64,000 nucleotides of DNA from Podarcis liolepis (Eukaryota), in NCBI GenBank assembly GCA_965112155.1, contig OZ218098.1; one strand, written 5' to 3'. The position numbers and the translations under genes are program-made. The notes beneath the pieces are model-generated. The model was not told where the DNA came from and did not search any database. It saw only the letters and a list, made by a program, of their open reading frames with translations. Of the stretch, positions 1-11,465 are shown one piece after another (the first letter of the stretch is position 1; every line of letters starts with the position of its first letter).

Positions 1-726
1 AAACCTCTCTTTGACTTTCTGTGTTAACCTGGATTAATTTGACACTCCAGTTGTGGAATTGCATCTTCCATTTCCAATCGATTTAATAGTACAGTAGTAC
101 TAGTTCTCGGAGCAGTGAAGTTTCTGAAGGTCTGGTGCTTACCCAAGTTTAATTCCATTTAGAATACTTTACTGGAGGCTCATTACCATTTCGTTGTAAT
201 TTCGTTGTCCCCGAGAGGGGGCAATGACAATAAAGATATTATTATTATTATTTTGTAGTATTTATGATTATATCCAAATATGCAGATGCACATTAACAAA
301 GAAAGGTACTATCAACCGTGCCAGGATTATTAAGGCAGTCTCCAATTCTTTTTCACCCTCTTCTTTCCAAACTTCCAATAGTGCCTGTTTATGGTCTGAA
401 TTATGCTTGTCTTAACAGTCTACTTGGTTATGCCCTCTGCGCGGACAGACTCCTCTCCTATCTGGGGCTTGACACACAAAGTGCCCCTATTTTTATCTGT
501 GAAATGTTGTGACAGTAAGCTTTAACAATTTAAGTAATAATCAAGAAAGCCTTTGCCCTCATTACTAAGACAACAACCAAGCACCACCCACCAACCAAGC
601 ACCCCAAACTCCTGTGCCTTTTAGCAAATACACAACAGGCAGAAATACAAGGGGGGCAAGGAGCTTTCTCTGTTGCACCATCTCCATGCCAGAAAACACA
701 CAATCCGAACATCTGCCTGTCACGCA

Positions 727-1430
727 CAGGGCTGGATTTAGGTTTGATGAGGTCCTAAGCTACTGAAGGTAATGGGGCCCTTTATACGTCCAGCTGTGGG
801 TTTTTTTGCCACTGTTTCTTGTGTTGAATATATGCTATTTGGCAATTTATGGACCTAATAGGTATCTAAAGCCATTTGCACATAACAAAATACGTATTTT
901 ATCAAAGTAATTGTTGAACTGAAATACAATTAAGAAGTATATTAATCGTAAGATACAATTAAGAAGTAGTACAGTGGTACCTCGGGTTAAGAACTTAATT
1001 TGTTCTGGAGGTCCGTTCTTAACCTGAAACTGTTCTTAACCTGAGGTACCACTTTAGCTAATGGGGCCTCCTGCCGCCGCCGTGTGATTTCTGGTCTCAT
1101 CCTGAAGCAAAGTTCTTAACCCAAGGTACTATTTCTGGGTTAGCAGTGTCTGTAACTTGAAGCGTCTGTAACCCGAGGTTCCATTGTATATTAATAGTGA
1201 AATAATTATTAAGCTCTAACTTAAAATGATTGGGGACCCATTACTTACATCACAGGAGTCTACACAACACAAAACACTGTTGCTGTATGTAACTTTTATT
1301 TTATTTGTTTTTTATCTTATATTTTGGAAATGTACATCCAGGTTTTTTCCCCTTTACATTTTTTGGGGTCCCCAAGAGAGTGAGGCCCTAAGCTATAGCT
1401 TGTTTAGCTTATGTACGTAAATCCGGCAGT
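727..1430. mobile_element. Non-autonomous hAT-like element carrying a nested MITE
   Basis: Imperfect TIRs CAGGGCTGGATTTA ... TAAATCCGGCAGTG. Confidence 0.55.
972..1186. mobile_element. Tc1/mariner (Tigger/pogo-like) MITE, family A
   Basis: TA + CAGTGGTACCTCGGGTTA ... TAACCCGAGGTTCCATTG + TA; homologous to copies at 5429, 32716, 53209. Confidence 0.85.
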
Positions 1431-1599
1431 GGGGGGCGGGGAGCTGTCTCTGTTGCACCATTTCCATGCCAGAAAACGCACCATACGAACTCCTGCCTGT
1501 CACGCAGCTATGAAAAGCCTAGCAGCGATGAAAAGGACATTCTAAGGTAGCTGCGAGGCTTTTATCCAGCTCCCATTTCAGAAACTAAACAGAGCGGAA

Positions 1600-2130
1600 G
1601 AGCACCTTGGCTTCCTCCTCCGCCACTTCGTCTCTGGACTCTCCAAGCAGAAAGTGGTTGAGCACGAGAACTTCCGCGAAATTCCGGACGTCTCCCTCTC
1701 GGCTGGCGGCGGCGGCACCTGCTCCAAGCCGAGCCGGCGTCGCTGGGGAAACAAACGGCCGAGGGGCAGCGCCCGCGAGGCGAGTTGCAGCTGAAGGCAG
1801 CCCCCCCCCCGTAGGGACCCAGGCGCAGGGCCGGATTCAAACCGCCCAATGGAGTGTCAGATTGGGGGCAAGGGCGGGCATAGCGGCGGCCAATGGAGAA
1901 CGAGGATATTGGGAGGTGTGGCCTGCGTCGGTGATTTCAAACCCACTTGAGGAGCGGCCCGAGGTTTGCCTTACCGACTGGCCGGTCGCGGCCTAGGTGA
2001 GTATCTGCCGCCTGCATGAGAGGGGGGCCTCAGCAGGTGCATGGAAAGCGGGGCTTGGGAGAGGACGGCCGGAGCTCCGAGAAAGGCCGTTGCTCTGAGG
2101 CGGCCGGGCTCCGCCTCGTCCTTACTGCCA
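1600..2130. promoter_or_regulatory. CpG-island promoter of CKAP5 with CCAAT boxes and CHR-like TTCAAA elements
   Basis: CpG-rich; CCAAT/ATTGG at 1846, 1861, 1890, 1908; GC box ~1872; TTCAAA at 1836 and 1936; strong donor AG|GTGAGT at 1997. Confidence 0.8.
1930..1996 (+). other. CKAP5: Probable non-coding exon 1 of CKAP5 (start approximate)
   Basis: Lies downstream of the CCAAT cluster and ends at consensus donor TAG|GTGAGT. Confidence 0.65.
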
Positions 2131-5027
2131 TTCTAGTCCTCTAGTTGCTGTTCCTCAGGATGGGCTCCGCAACACAGCTCCATCCCCACCCTGCTGCTCT
2201 TGAGGGGAGGGAGGGTTATCGGTTTGCGTTTGTTCTTGGTTTTTGTTAAGCATTTTGTGTGTTTTTTTTATCTTGTGTTTTTTATGTTGTGAACCTCGCC
2301 GAGATCTACCGATGAAGGGCGGCATACAAATTTATTAAGTAATAATAGCAGCAGCAGCTACGGAAGGGCCTCCACCGATCTCGGCGACGCCTGTAAAACG
2401 AGCCCGCGCTCTCCGCACTCTCTCTGAGGTGCACAGCGGAATAGGGCTTCCCGCTCGAGTCATCTCTATCTGCGTGTGGGCATGCGCTGCTGAGGGCTGC
2501 AGGTTTGGGATGGGGGGGAGGCTCAGCAATTTGCTGTCCGGTGGAAGCCCCATGCTTCCCTAGGCAAACTCACTCATTTGCCTCTCCCCTCCCATCCTGG
2601 TCAAAGGTTAAGCAGGAGGCAGGGGGTAGAATTTTGCTTACTGCCAGTTGCCCACTTGAGCAAGCAGGTAGTACTGTACCAGTCGCTACTATGAATATAC
2701 AAAAGGCTCTTGTATTGAGTCAGGTCACTGGTTCATCTAGCTTAATCTTGTTTGCCCTGACTGGGAGCAACTTTATAGGGGTTCAGGCAGATGTCCCTAC
2801 CTGGGACTTTCTGCAGGCAAAGCAGATGCTCCACTACTGCTCTTCTAGTGAAGGGGAGAAGGCAGTTGAGTGAGCAACTGTAGACACCATACCACTCTCT
2901 ACTGCCATTGCTGCTAGCTCACTTGCCCGGTAGGGTGAGTGACACTGATGACTAGAAACAGGACCTGCTTGTCTCTCCCTTTCCCTTTCCACCGGTGCTG
3001 CTTGCTTGCTGCATGTGTGAGTTGACAGACACTAGAAGTTCCTATCTGCTTCACTGAGGGATGAAGAGAGGCTATAACAAGCATTGGTGTTCACAATGTT
3101 ACATGTACCTAATCTAGAGGGGAAGAGGCGTAGAACTTTAATACCTTCAGGAGAACCCAATCATGCTGCTGTGATGGATACTTCTACAGACAGGTTGTGG
3201 TTGGCAGTGGGCTCTCCTAAGACCATGGCAGTTGCCAGAAGAATCTAGCCCTGGGTAGGGGCTTCCCAGAGAAGTAGAGGAACCCCTGTTGGCTCTTTGC
3301 TCACCCATGACATAGGGAGCAGTGATGAATGCTAGGGCAGCTGTCACCACTGTGAACCAGTGATGATTGTCAGTAGCTGCTTTTAGGGAGAAGTGGGCAG
3401 AGGAGCTCACATCAGCAGTTGCAGTTCCCAGAAACCATTGGTGTTCACTTGCTCTGGTGCACTAATGAGCAGCATTGATAGTCCGCGGTACCAACAGCCT
3501 TTCCTTTCTTGGCAGTCGTTGAATGTTGTTGCTGTCAGTTTGTTCAGGTGAGCTATTGGTGCTAGAAGTGGCAAACAAGGAACAACCTCCATTCCCTACC
3601 CTCCAACGCAAGAGGGTGAAGAAGACAGTGAGCCTTATGGTGAGGACAGGGGTCCCCTAGACAGCAAGTTGGTATGGGCCTATCAAACCTGGAGCTGGTT
3701 CTAGTGTAGTAGAGACACTTAGGAACTATTCTGTGAAGGATTTTTCCTCCAGTGGGCCTTACATCCAAGCCATTTGCTAGGGTTTCTATGCTTAGAATGT
3801 TTATATACCTATAGGTATGAGTGGTTTGATGGGCATTGTTAGTGCCTTCTACAAAGTGAGATGCACATTAATGCTTATTGTGGGCAATAATACTTACATA
3901 TAATCACACACCTAAGAGGTACCCCATTCAAAAAGTCTTGCTGGATCATATCCAAAGATCCATGTACTATAGTCCAATACCCCCCTTCCTGATGCCTCTG
4001 GAAAGCTGACCCTGATCCCCTCCCCTAAAAAAAGTTTCATAATTAAGACCTTGAGGTCCTTCAGTTTAAGATACCTGGAAGTATTACTTGTTTATGCAGT
4101 ATATCTTCATTTGACTTCTCTCTTGACTGGGGAAGGCAATATTCCTTTTGTAGAAGGAGAGGTATGTTTAAATGCCAGCATCTATGTCCCAAGGAGGATT
4201 GGATTAATCCTAGGCATCTGTGCACTTACATATTTTATACTGACATCTTTATATTGGAGATAATTTGGCTCTGCAATATTGGTAACTACTTATAAAGAGG
4301 ATAAGCTATTAAAATGTTATATCTGCGCTGACCCTTTCCCCAGGCACCTGCCCTGTTCTGAAAGTAGCTTTCATCATGGTTGCTAAGTGCACTTTATTCC
4401 AGAACTTGGAAAGTCCATAGAACATAATGGATCTTCTATTTCAGAACATGCTTGTTCTTTTAACACTCTCTAGAACATGTTACAACTTCAAAATGTCTTA
4501 CTTTGACATTTTTACCCACTATTGCTACTGCACACTTAGAGACTCCATTGTTTCTAACAGCAGCTTCTTTATGGTCTAGTAATAACATTTCTTCAAGTCT
4601 CCTTCAATCTACTGGTGGGTACCTCTTTCATCATTTAGGATAATGAACTGAGAATCTTGAATAGCTTTATGGGTCTGGACCTGAGGCATTTCCTTTTAAT
4701 CTCTGAATACAGATACTGTGTTATACTTCTAATGCTTACAAGTAGGTTACCAATTACTGTTTGAAAATGTTTCATCTGAATTTGGTTGCAAATACAGTGA
4801 AAACATTTTTTTCTGGATGAAGCAAAAATGTGAATATGTACTGGAATATTCTGCAGACTGTAATTACGTCATGCTCTATTCAGTTTATGGTTTTGCAGGG
4901 TTGGGCTTCATCATTTTAATCATTATTGTTTTGTATTGTGCCATACACAAATGTCAAAGGAATTATTTCTGTTTAAGAATATTGTGTTGGTGTATGTGAA
5001 ATTTCTTGCTCATAGTGTAATGATATA

Positions 5028-5196
5028 CCGTATTTTTCGCTCTATAACACGCACCCGACCATAACACGCACGTAGTTTTTAGAGGAGGAAAATCCGTAGA
5101 CATGCCACCTGTAGGCATTCCCTCCATAACACGCACAGACATTTTCCCTTACTTTTTAGGAGGAAAAAAGTGAGTGTTATGGTGCAAAAAATACGG
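5028..5196. mobile_element. Mariner-type MITE (CCGTATTTTT TIR)
   Basis: TA + CCGTATTTTTCGC ... GCAAAAAATACGG + TA. Confidence 0.8.
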
Positions 5197-6215
5197 TAAT
5201 AATAATAAGTTTTTATTTATACCTTGCTCTTCCCGGTTCAGAAACCCTGGCTCAGGGTGACTAGCAACAAATTTAAAACACTTAATTGTAATACAACATA
5301 AAAGCAGCATAAAATACAGTATAAAAGCATGAATAACAATAAAATTCAAAGTTCAAAAATCAATTTGAGGGAAATCCATCCAATAAGCATTAGATAGTCA
5401 CCTGGGCTAGCTGGCTAAATTAGACCTACAGTGGTACCTCGGGTTACAGACGCTTCAGGTTACAGACTCCGCAGCGGGAGGCCCCATTAGCTAAATTGGT
5501 ACGTCAGGTTAAGAACAGTTTCAGGTTAAGAACGGACCTCCGGAACGAATTAAATTCTTAATCTGAGGTACTACTGTACTTGGGCCAGCGAGGAGGCCAG
5601 GGGAGAATTAGCAGTGGGGTCCCAGAAAGGGTAATCTTCATAAAAAGGGGGGAGGGGGGAAGAGAAGGGAAATAAAAGATCAGGCTGAGTTCAAATTAAA
5701 GGCCAGGCGGAATAGCTCTGTTTACAGGCCCGGCGGAAGGAGATTAAATCCTGTAGGGCCTAGTGTCATGGAACAGAGCATACCACCAGGTCGAAGCCAT
5801 CACTGAAAAGGCCCTGGCCCTGGTGGAGGATAGTCTGACTTCCTTAGGGCCTGGGACCTCTACACAATGGTTATTCATGGACCTTAAGGTCCTCTGCGGG
5901 GCATACCAGGAGAGGTGGTCCCATAACTACGAGGGCCCTAAGCCACAAAGGGCTTTAAAGGTCAAACCCAGCACCATGAACCTGACCCTATACTCCATCG
6001 GGAGCCACTGCAGCTGGTAAAGCATTGGGTGAATATGCTCCCATGGCAGGGACCCCATGAGGAGCTTCGCTGCAGCATTCTGCACCCACTGGAGTTTCTG
6101 GGACAGTTTCAAGGGCAGCCCCGCGTAGAGCGAATTACAGTAGTCAAGCCTGGAGGTGACTGTTGCGTGGATCGCTGTGGCCAGATTGGGGCTGGAGAGG
6201 TAAGGGACCAACTGC
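5197..6215 (-). mobile_element. 5'-truncated L2/CR1-clade LINE, interrupted by a MITE
   Basis: Minus-strand ORF VTSRLDYCNSLYAGLP...VQNAAAKLL...LQWLP is typical of the L2 ORF2 C-terminus; simple-repeat tail at ~5197-5220. Confidence 0.85.
5429..5576. mobile_element. Family A MITE, internally deleted, opposite orientation
   Basis: TA-flanked CAGTGGTACCTCG ... GAGGTACTACTG. Confidence 0.85.
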
Positions 6216-6369
6216 TTAATGCAGCAAAGATTATCAGTGTTAATGACAATCACCAATAGACACTCCCCCCCAAAAAAACCTATTACTAGCTTTATGTATG
6301 TATTTATTTACTACAAGCATTTCTACTTAGAAACTCAAGGCAGTGTGCATGATTCACCCTCTTTTTATC

Positions 6370-6465
6370 TTCTCAACAACCCTGTGAGGTATATGACACA
6401 AGCCCAATGTTGCCCAGTGAGCTTCATGGTTTAGTGGGGATTTGAACCCTGGTCTCTCAGGTTTG
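6370..6465 (-). mobile_element. tRNA-derived SINE fragment
   Basis: B-box-like GGATTTGAACCC (reverse) and CAACAACCCTGTGAGG core. Confidence 0.5.
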
Positions 6466-7559
6466 ACAGTCACATAGAGAATTCCAGCAGAATGAATGAT
6501 TGTTTTTGCAGTGGTAAATGCTGTTTCCTTCAACTTTGTGGATGTTGATTTGTTTATTAACTTTGTTTCCACCTGGTAAGTTCTTGTTAAAAGGGGAATT
6601 ATGGTTACACAGAACTTGAATGCATTTCAGAAGCATGGAAACGTGCTAAGGTTTGGATACATTAACATGTTCCTGTTTTTCTCTACTAGTATTTTTTAAA
6701 AAAAAATCTTGAGGTGCTTTCCCCTTGCTGTGTAGGGTATTGCAGACATTTGCAGCCATAAAGGGTAGAGCTTACCTAATTTCTCTGACAGTGACCTAGT
6801 TGCTGATTTCTGTAGTACTGTCTATTAAAGCTGTGAAATGGCACGTGCAAATTAAGTGGTTGTTGCAGTATTTATCCTTGACTGGTATTAGGATTATGAG
6901 CTTCATTTTACTATTGTAGGTGGAAAGCATTTCAGCATACTGATGTGTTTGTGTGCACCTTTCATTATGTTCCTTTGAGGTTAGGTGATTGTAAGAAGGC
7001 AGGAAAACCAAGCTTTGATGCTTATATAAAACACGTGATTCTAACAAAGCATTGAGTAGTGCTACAGAACGCTGAGCAGTTAAAGGTGTCTCCTGAACAG
7101 AATTGTAAATTTGAGGAAAGTTGTTGCACTTTGAACAGGTTCTATAAGGCAAGACGTTGTAGTTGGTTCTTCTTAGGGAGATGGGTCTCTGGACGTTTTT
7201 CAAAGGCCACTTATTTTGGCTTACCAGCGCAATGTTACAAAAAATGTTTATTCGAAAGCAGTTGGAGGCAGAGTAGTTCTTTTCGCAATTAAACGTATGC
7301 TTGCGGATTCTGTTTCGGACCACTATTTTAAACAGGTTCAATTTACGGTCCCTAGTACAGAGATCACACATAAGCACAACCCTGTACATACCGTCGGGCT
7401 CCTAGCCCCGCGGGATCAGCAAGACTTAAGATACGCGGAAGCCTCTTCAGGAGCACTACCCGTCAAGCTAGCTAGTCTGAACATAAGTGGACGACTGGCT
7501 TTCCTGGCCAGTCCTCTTTTTCAGCTTGAGAACCCGTCTGCGACAGAAAGGGAATCAAA

Positions 7560-8300
7560 AAGGCTTGCGAACTGGTTAGGGTGGGGACCCTCCGCGGCGC
7601 GGAAGCCTCCGTAGAAGCGCTCTGCCTCTCTGATCGGGGGTGGGGGAGAGCTAAGGGGCGGAGTGCGCGCATGGTCTGTCCAGGGCGGGGATCCCTGCCT
7701 TTGTTTGTCACATGGCCCGGGGAAGGCCCTTCGCTCAGGTGCGGCGGGAGGCGGAGGTTGGTGTCGCCGGCTGCGACGAGCCCCGCCCTTTGGGGAGGCG
7801 CCTCCTTCTCTGCCGGTCGGAGATGCAGCTCTCCGCCCGCTCCTGCTGCTAAGCCGGGCCGCGGTTGCTGGGCAAGCGAGAGTCCGGCCTAGTCCGGCCT
7901 GGGGGAAGGCGACGTTGCCCGGCGCCCGCTGCAAGGTAGGGCGGCGGCACTGGTGGCGAGGCCTAAATCCCCAGGGTGAAGGCCAGCTGGGGCGGGCGAC
8001 TGTCATAAACAATGCCGGGGGAGCGGCCTGCTGCCCCGCTGCATTCGGTGGCCAAGTTGTACCGAGCAGCGTCTCTCGGTCGGTCGGTCCGGCTGGCGAG
8101 CGGCGTCGGCCGATTTGTTGTGCTGGTGGTTGTAGATGTCGACCGGCTCCGAGCTGCAGTAACTGGGGAAATGTGGCCCTGCTGGGCATAGAGCGGGAAA
8201 CGGTGTCTGGGGAGCCTTCGGCAATTCCTGTCGCAGGGGAAGGGGACGTGCGTTGTAGGTCTAGACCGGCAATGTGATCTGGGACAGAAAGGGGATCCTT
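7560..8300. promoter_or_regulatory. Second CpG island in CKAP5 intron 1; putative alternative promoter/first exon
   Basis: Dense CpG; GC boxes (GGGGCGGAG ~7655, CCCCGCCC ~7781); GTCACATG E-box ~7707; donor AAG|GTAGGG at 7936. Confidence 0.6.
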
Positions 8301-9589
8301 GACAGGGAAGGGATTCGGATCATCTTTTGAGTTTCCCCTGTATGTGCTTGGAAGACGCTGGGGTGGCATGGACGCGAGATTGTATTGAATGAAGAAGGCC
8401 TGTGTCAGGAATCCCCAACATCGAGCGCTTGAGCATTTTGAACGGAGGTGTTATGTTATGCTGTTCTACTCTGAATGTTCACAACAACAACAACGCTGGC
8501 CCTATTTCAGGGTGCTTGCTTTTTATGCTTCGTAGGAATTTTCATTCTTTGAAATTTAAACCAAGGATGCTTAATTTTTGACTCTCCAGATGTTGGACTA
8601 CAACTCCCACTAGAAATCAAGCAGGGACTATCTCTGTTTGAGATCCCTGGTTTAAAAGGTTTTTCAGGAAGTCCTTGTGTTATGAACTTGTTCTGATGTT
8701 TTCTACGTTCTGATGTTGTAACTTAAGCGTTAAATTCAGTCTGTTGTATGTTTTGCTCTTTCCTGTAAACAGCTGTGAGATACATATTAAAAAGTGGGGT
8801 ATAAATATCTTAATCATCCCTGACTGGTCATGTTAACTGGAATCCAACATCTAGAAGGCCACAGCCTAAGCAAACTTATTTTAAGCTTTTTGTATCTGTG
8901 GTGCTTTGCAGAGCATTTTTTTAATTAAAAAAATGATTTCTTGAATAAAAAAAGTGTTATCTTGCCTCCATGTCAGTGACATTCACACATGCATGTAAAT
9001 ACTAGGGCAAGATGCAGGGCTCTACAGCATTAATTAGATTTTAGAAAATAAGAGGTACTCGTGGAGGACCTATACTAGGTTTCACTAGAACAGAGTTGGG
9101 GAACAAATGGGACTCCCAACTAGCATTGTACCATAAATGGTTGTGGATGATAGGTGGCATTGTTCAACACCATCTGAAGCACCATGGGCTCCCCACCCTG
9201 TTTCCAGGACTTAGTCATAGAGCCTACCTAGAATATTTCCATGTAACAGCTCGCTCCTGAATGCAGATGCAGTCAGGTACAACAACTCTTATTTGGAAGG
9301 AAATGTGATTTAAAATAAGTTGTGGAAAATCTCAGTAAGCAGAGTGGCAGTGAATAGAGCCAAGTGGTCCTGTCTCAGCATAAGGATTCTCTGCTGGCTC
9401 TCTTGTTGTGTAAACAACCTGCCTTGCTTCTGCAAGTGGTGGGAGTGTTCTTTTCTTGCGCTCCTCTTCATAAAAAAAACTTCCAGGGATGTATTGTATC
9501 CCAATTTGGTACAAAATTTGAGGAATTATTTTTTGGGGATTACAGTACAAGTTTTTGAAAATGGTACTAAACAATATTTTAAAAGGCTT

Positions 9590-9937
9590 GTGGCACTGTG
9601 GGTTAAACCACAGAGCCTAGGACTTGCCGATCAGAAGGTCGGCGGTTCGAATCCCCGCGACGGGGTGAGCTCTGGTTGCTCGGTCCCTGCTCTTGCCAAC
9701 CTAGCAGTTCGAAAGCACATCAAAGTGCAAGTAGATAAATAGATACTGCTCCGGCGGGAAGGTAAACGCCGTTTCCGTGCGCTGCTCTGGTTCGCCAGAA
9801 GCGGCTTAGTCATGCTGGCCACATGACCAGGAAGCTGTACTCCGACTCCCTTGGTCAATAAAGCGAGATGAGCGCCGCAACTCCAGAGTCGGCCACGACT
9901 GGACCTAATGGTCAGGGGTCCCTTTACCTTTACCTTT
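9590..9937 (+). mobile_element. Sauria SINE, near full length
   Basis: tRNA-like head with B box GGTTCGAATCC; characteristic body; (ACCTTT)n tail; CpGs retained. Confidence 0.9.
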
Positions 9938-10654
9938 GACAACAAGCAGTTCCTAGAGTTATAGCAGAATTCTATAATGTTTACCCAGAAGTAAGTCTCA
10001 CTACCCCATGCTTCAATTTTATTAAGACTGTTACAAAGCTGGGTGCCTCCCACTCTCTCTGCTGGGTGGTGGCAAAAGCCCATGGGGATTGAGGCACAGC
10101 AGAGACTGTTGTAGCTTTAAGAAATATGGGTTATTCATTCATTGACACCTTCAATCTGCATTGAGGGAGTCCAGATCTTACAGCATGGTCATTTCAAGAG
10201 GGGCTTGTACCCCACAGCATCTCTCCCAGTAATTTTCTCAAGCAGCCTGTCCAAAAAAAGGCTCCCAACCCTTCTTCATCCTCTTTCCCAGAACCCCTTA
10301 CTACCAGACTCCCTTTTCCTGTCACCTCAAACATTGTTTTGCTGGCAACCTTCCAAATCCCCTGTTCACCTGGGGTGGGGGGAAAGGACAATTCCTCAAT
10401 GACTCTCTATTGTTTCTTAAAGGCCCTAGCTTGGCCAGGTTGTTTAGCATAGGCTAGTCCAGGAAGTGATCTGCAGATTGTATTTCTCCCTTCACACACC
10501 CAAATCATCAGAATCCTACCATTTATTAAATTCTGAGAGGAACCCTAATCAAGCACTGTGTTTCTGGCTTCTGGAAACATATGTTTACTTTGTTGGAGTG
10601 CTCAGTTCATTTGTTCTCTCCCCAATTTTTTTTGATTGGCTGTTTTCTTTTAGA

Positions 10655-10815
10655 AGACATCTGAAGGCAGCCCTGTTTAGGGAAATTTTTTAATATTTGA
10701 TGAATTGTATTTTAATCTTTTGTTGAAAGCTGCCCAGAGTAGCTGGGGAAACCCAGCCAGATGGGTGGGTTATAAATAATAAATAATAAAAATTATTATT
10801 GTTGTTGTTGTTGTT
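10655..10815 (+). mobile_element. LINE 3' end fragment
   Basis: GCTGCCCAGAGTAGCTGGGGAAACCCAGCCAGATGGG followed by an AAT-rich tail; similar stub at 24672-24766. Confidence 0.55.
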
Positions 10816-11138
10816 TTATATTTGAAACAGCAACTGCTATACTGTAAAATATTTCAAACGATGCAGTCAAATTTAAGCACTTTTAAGTCCCCATTGTCTG
10901 AAAGTAGGAAAAAGTTAAGCATGTCTGTTAATCCTGTTGAAATTGAGAAGTCATAAAGGTGCTGGATCATTTAGCTCAATCTGATATCTTTAGCTCAATC
11001 TGAAGATGTTTTCTTTGAAATAAATCTTACGGATTTCAGTGTGGTGTACTCTGGAATAGCTGTATGTAGGATCGCAATTAGATACTTCAAAGTCACATTG
11101 TGTATTTAAAACACAATCAATTCTGTACAATTCTGATA

Positions 11139-11465
11139 CAGTGGTGCCTCGCAAGACGAAAATAATCCGTTCCGCGAGTCTCTTCGTCTAGCGGTTTTTT
11201 CGTCTTGCCAAGCAACCCTATTAGCGGATTAGCGCTATAGCGGTTTAGCGGCTATTAAAGGCTTAGCGGCTTAGCGGCTAAAAGGCGCTTAGCGGCTTAG
11301 AAAAAGGGGGGGAGCGAAAAAAATCGCAAGACTTGCAAGACGTTTTCGTCTTGCGAAGCAAGCCCATAGGGAAATTCGTCTTGCGAAGCGCATCGAAAAA
11401 CGGAAAACCCTTTCGTCTAGCGGGTTTTTCGTCTTGCGAGGCATTCGTCTTGCGGGGCACCACTG
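11139..11465. mobile_element. Tigger/pogo-like MITE, family B
   Basis: TA + CAGTGGTGCCTCGCAAGACGAA ... TTCGTCTTGCGGGGCACCACTG + TA. Confidence 0.88.

Noticed and set aside
300-415. Exon-like minus-strand frame DKHNSDHKQALLEVWKEEGEKELETALIILAR
   Set aside because: Splice sites are weak and I do not recognise the protein; cannot be supported without a database search
1562-1996. 95-aa and 129-aa ORFs in the first CpG island
   Set aside because: GC-bias artefacts with non-ATG starts
6796-7389. 197-aa minus-strand ORF
   Set aside because: No recognisable homology or motifs; its ATG lies within a donor-like GTATGT; likely chance
7521-8369. 282-aa (-) and 204-aa (+) ORFs
   Set aside because: Low-complexity Pro/Arg/Ala/Gly translations expected from a stop-poor CpG island; no recognisable domain
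9590-9680. tRNA-like A/B boxes (also at 25964 and 36015)
   Set aside because: These are SINE heads, not tRNA genes; no complete cloverleaf
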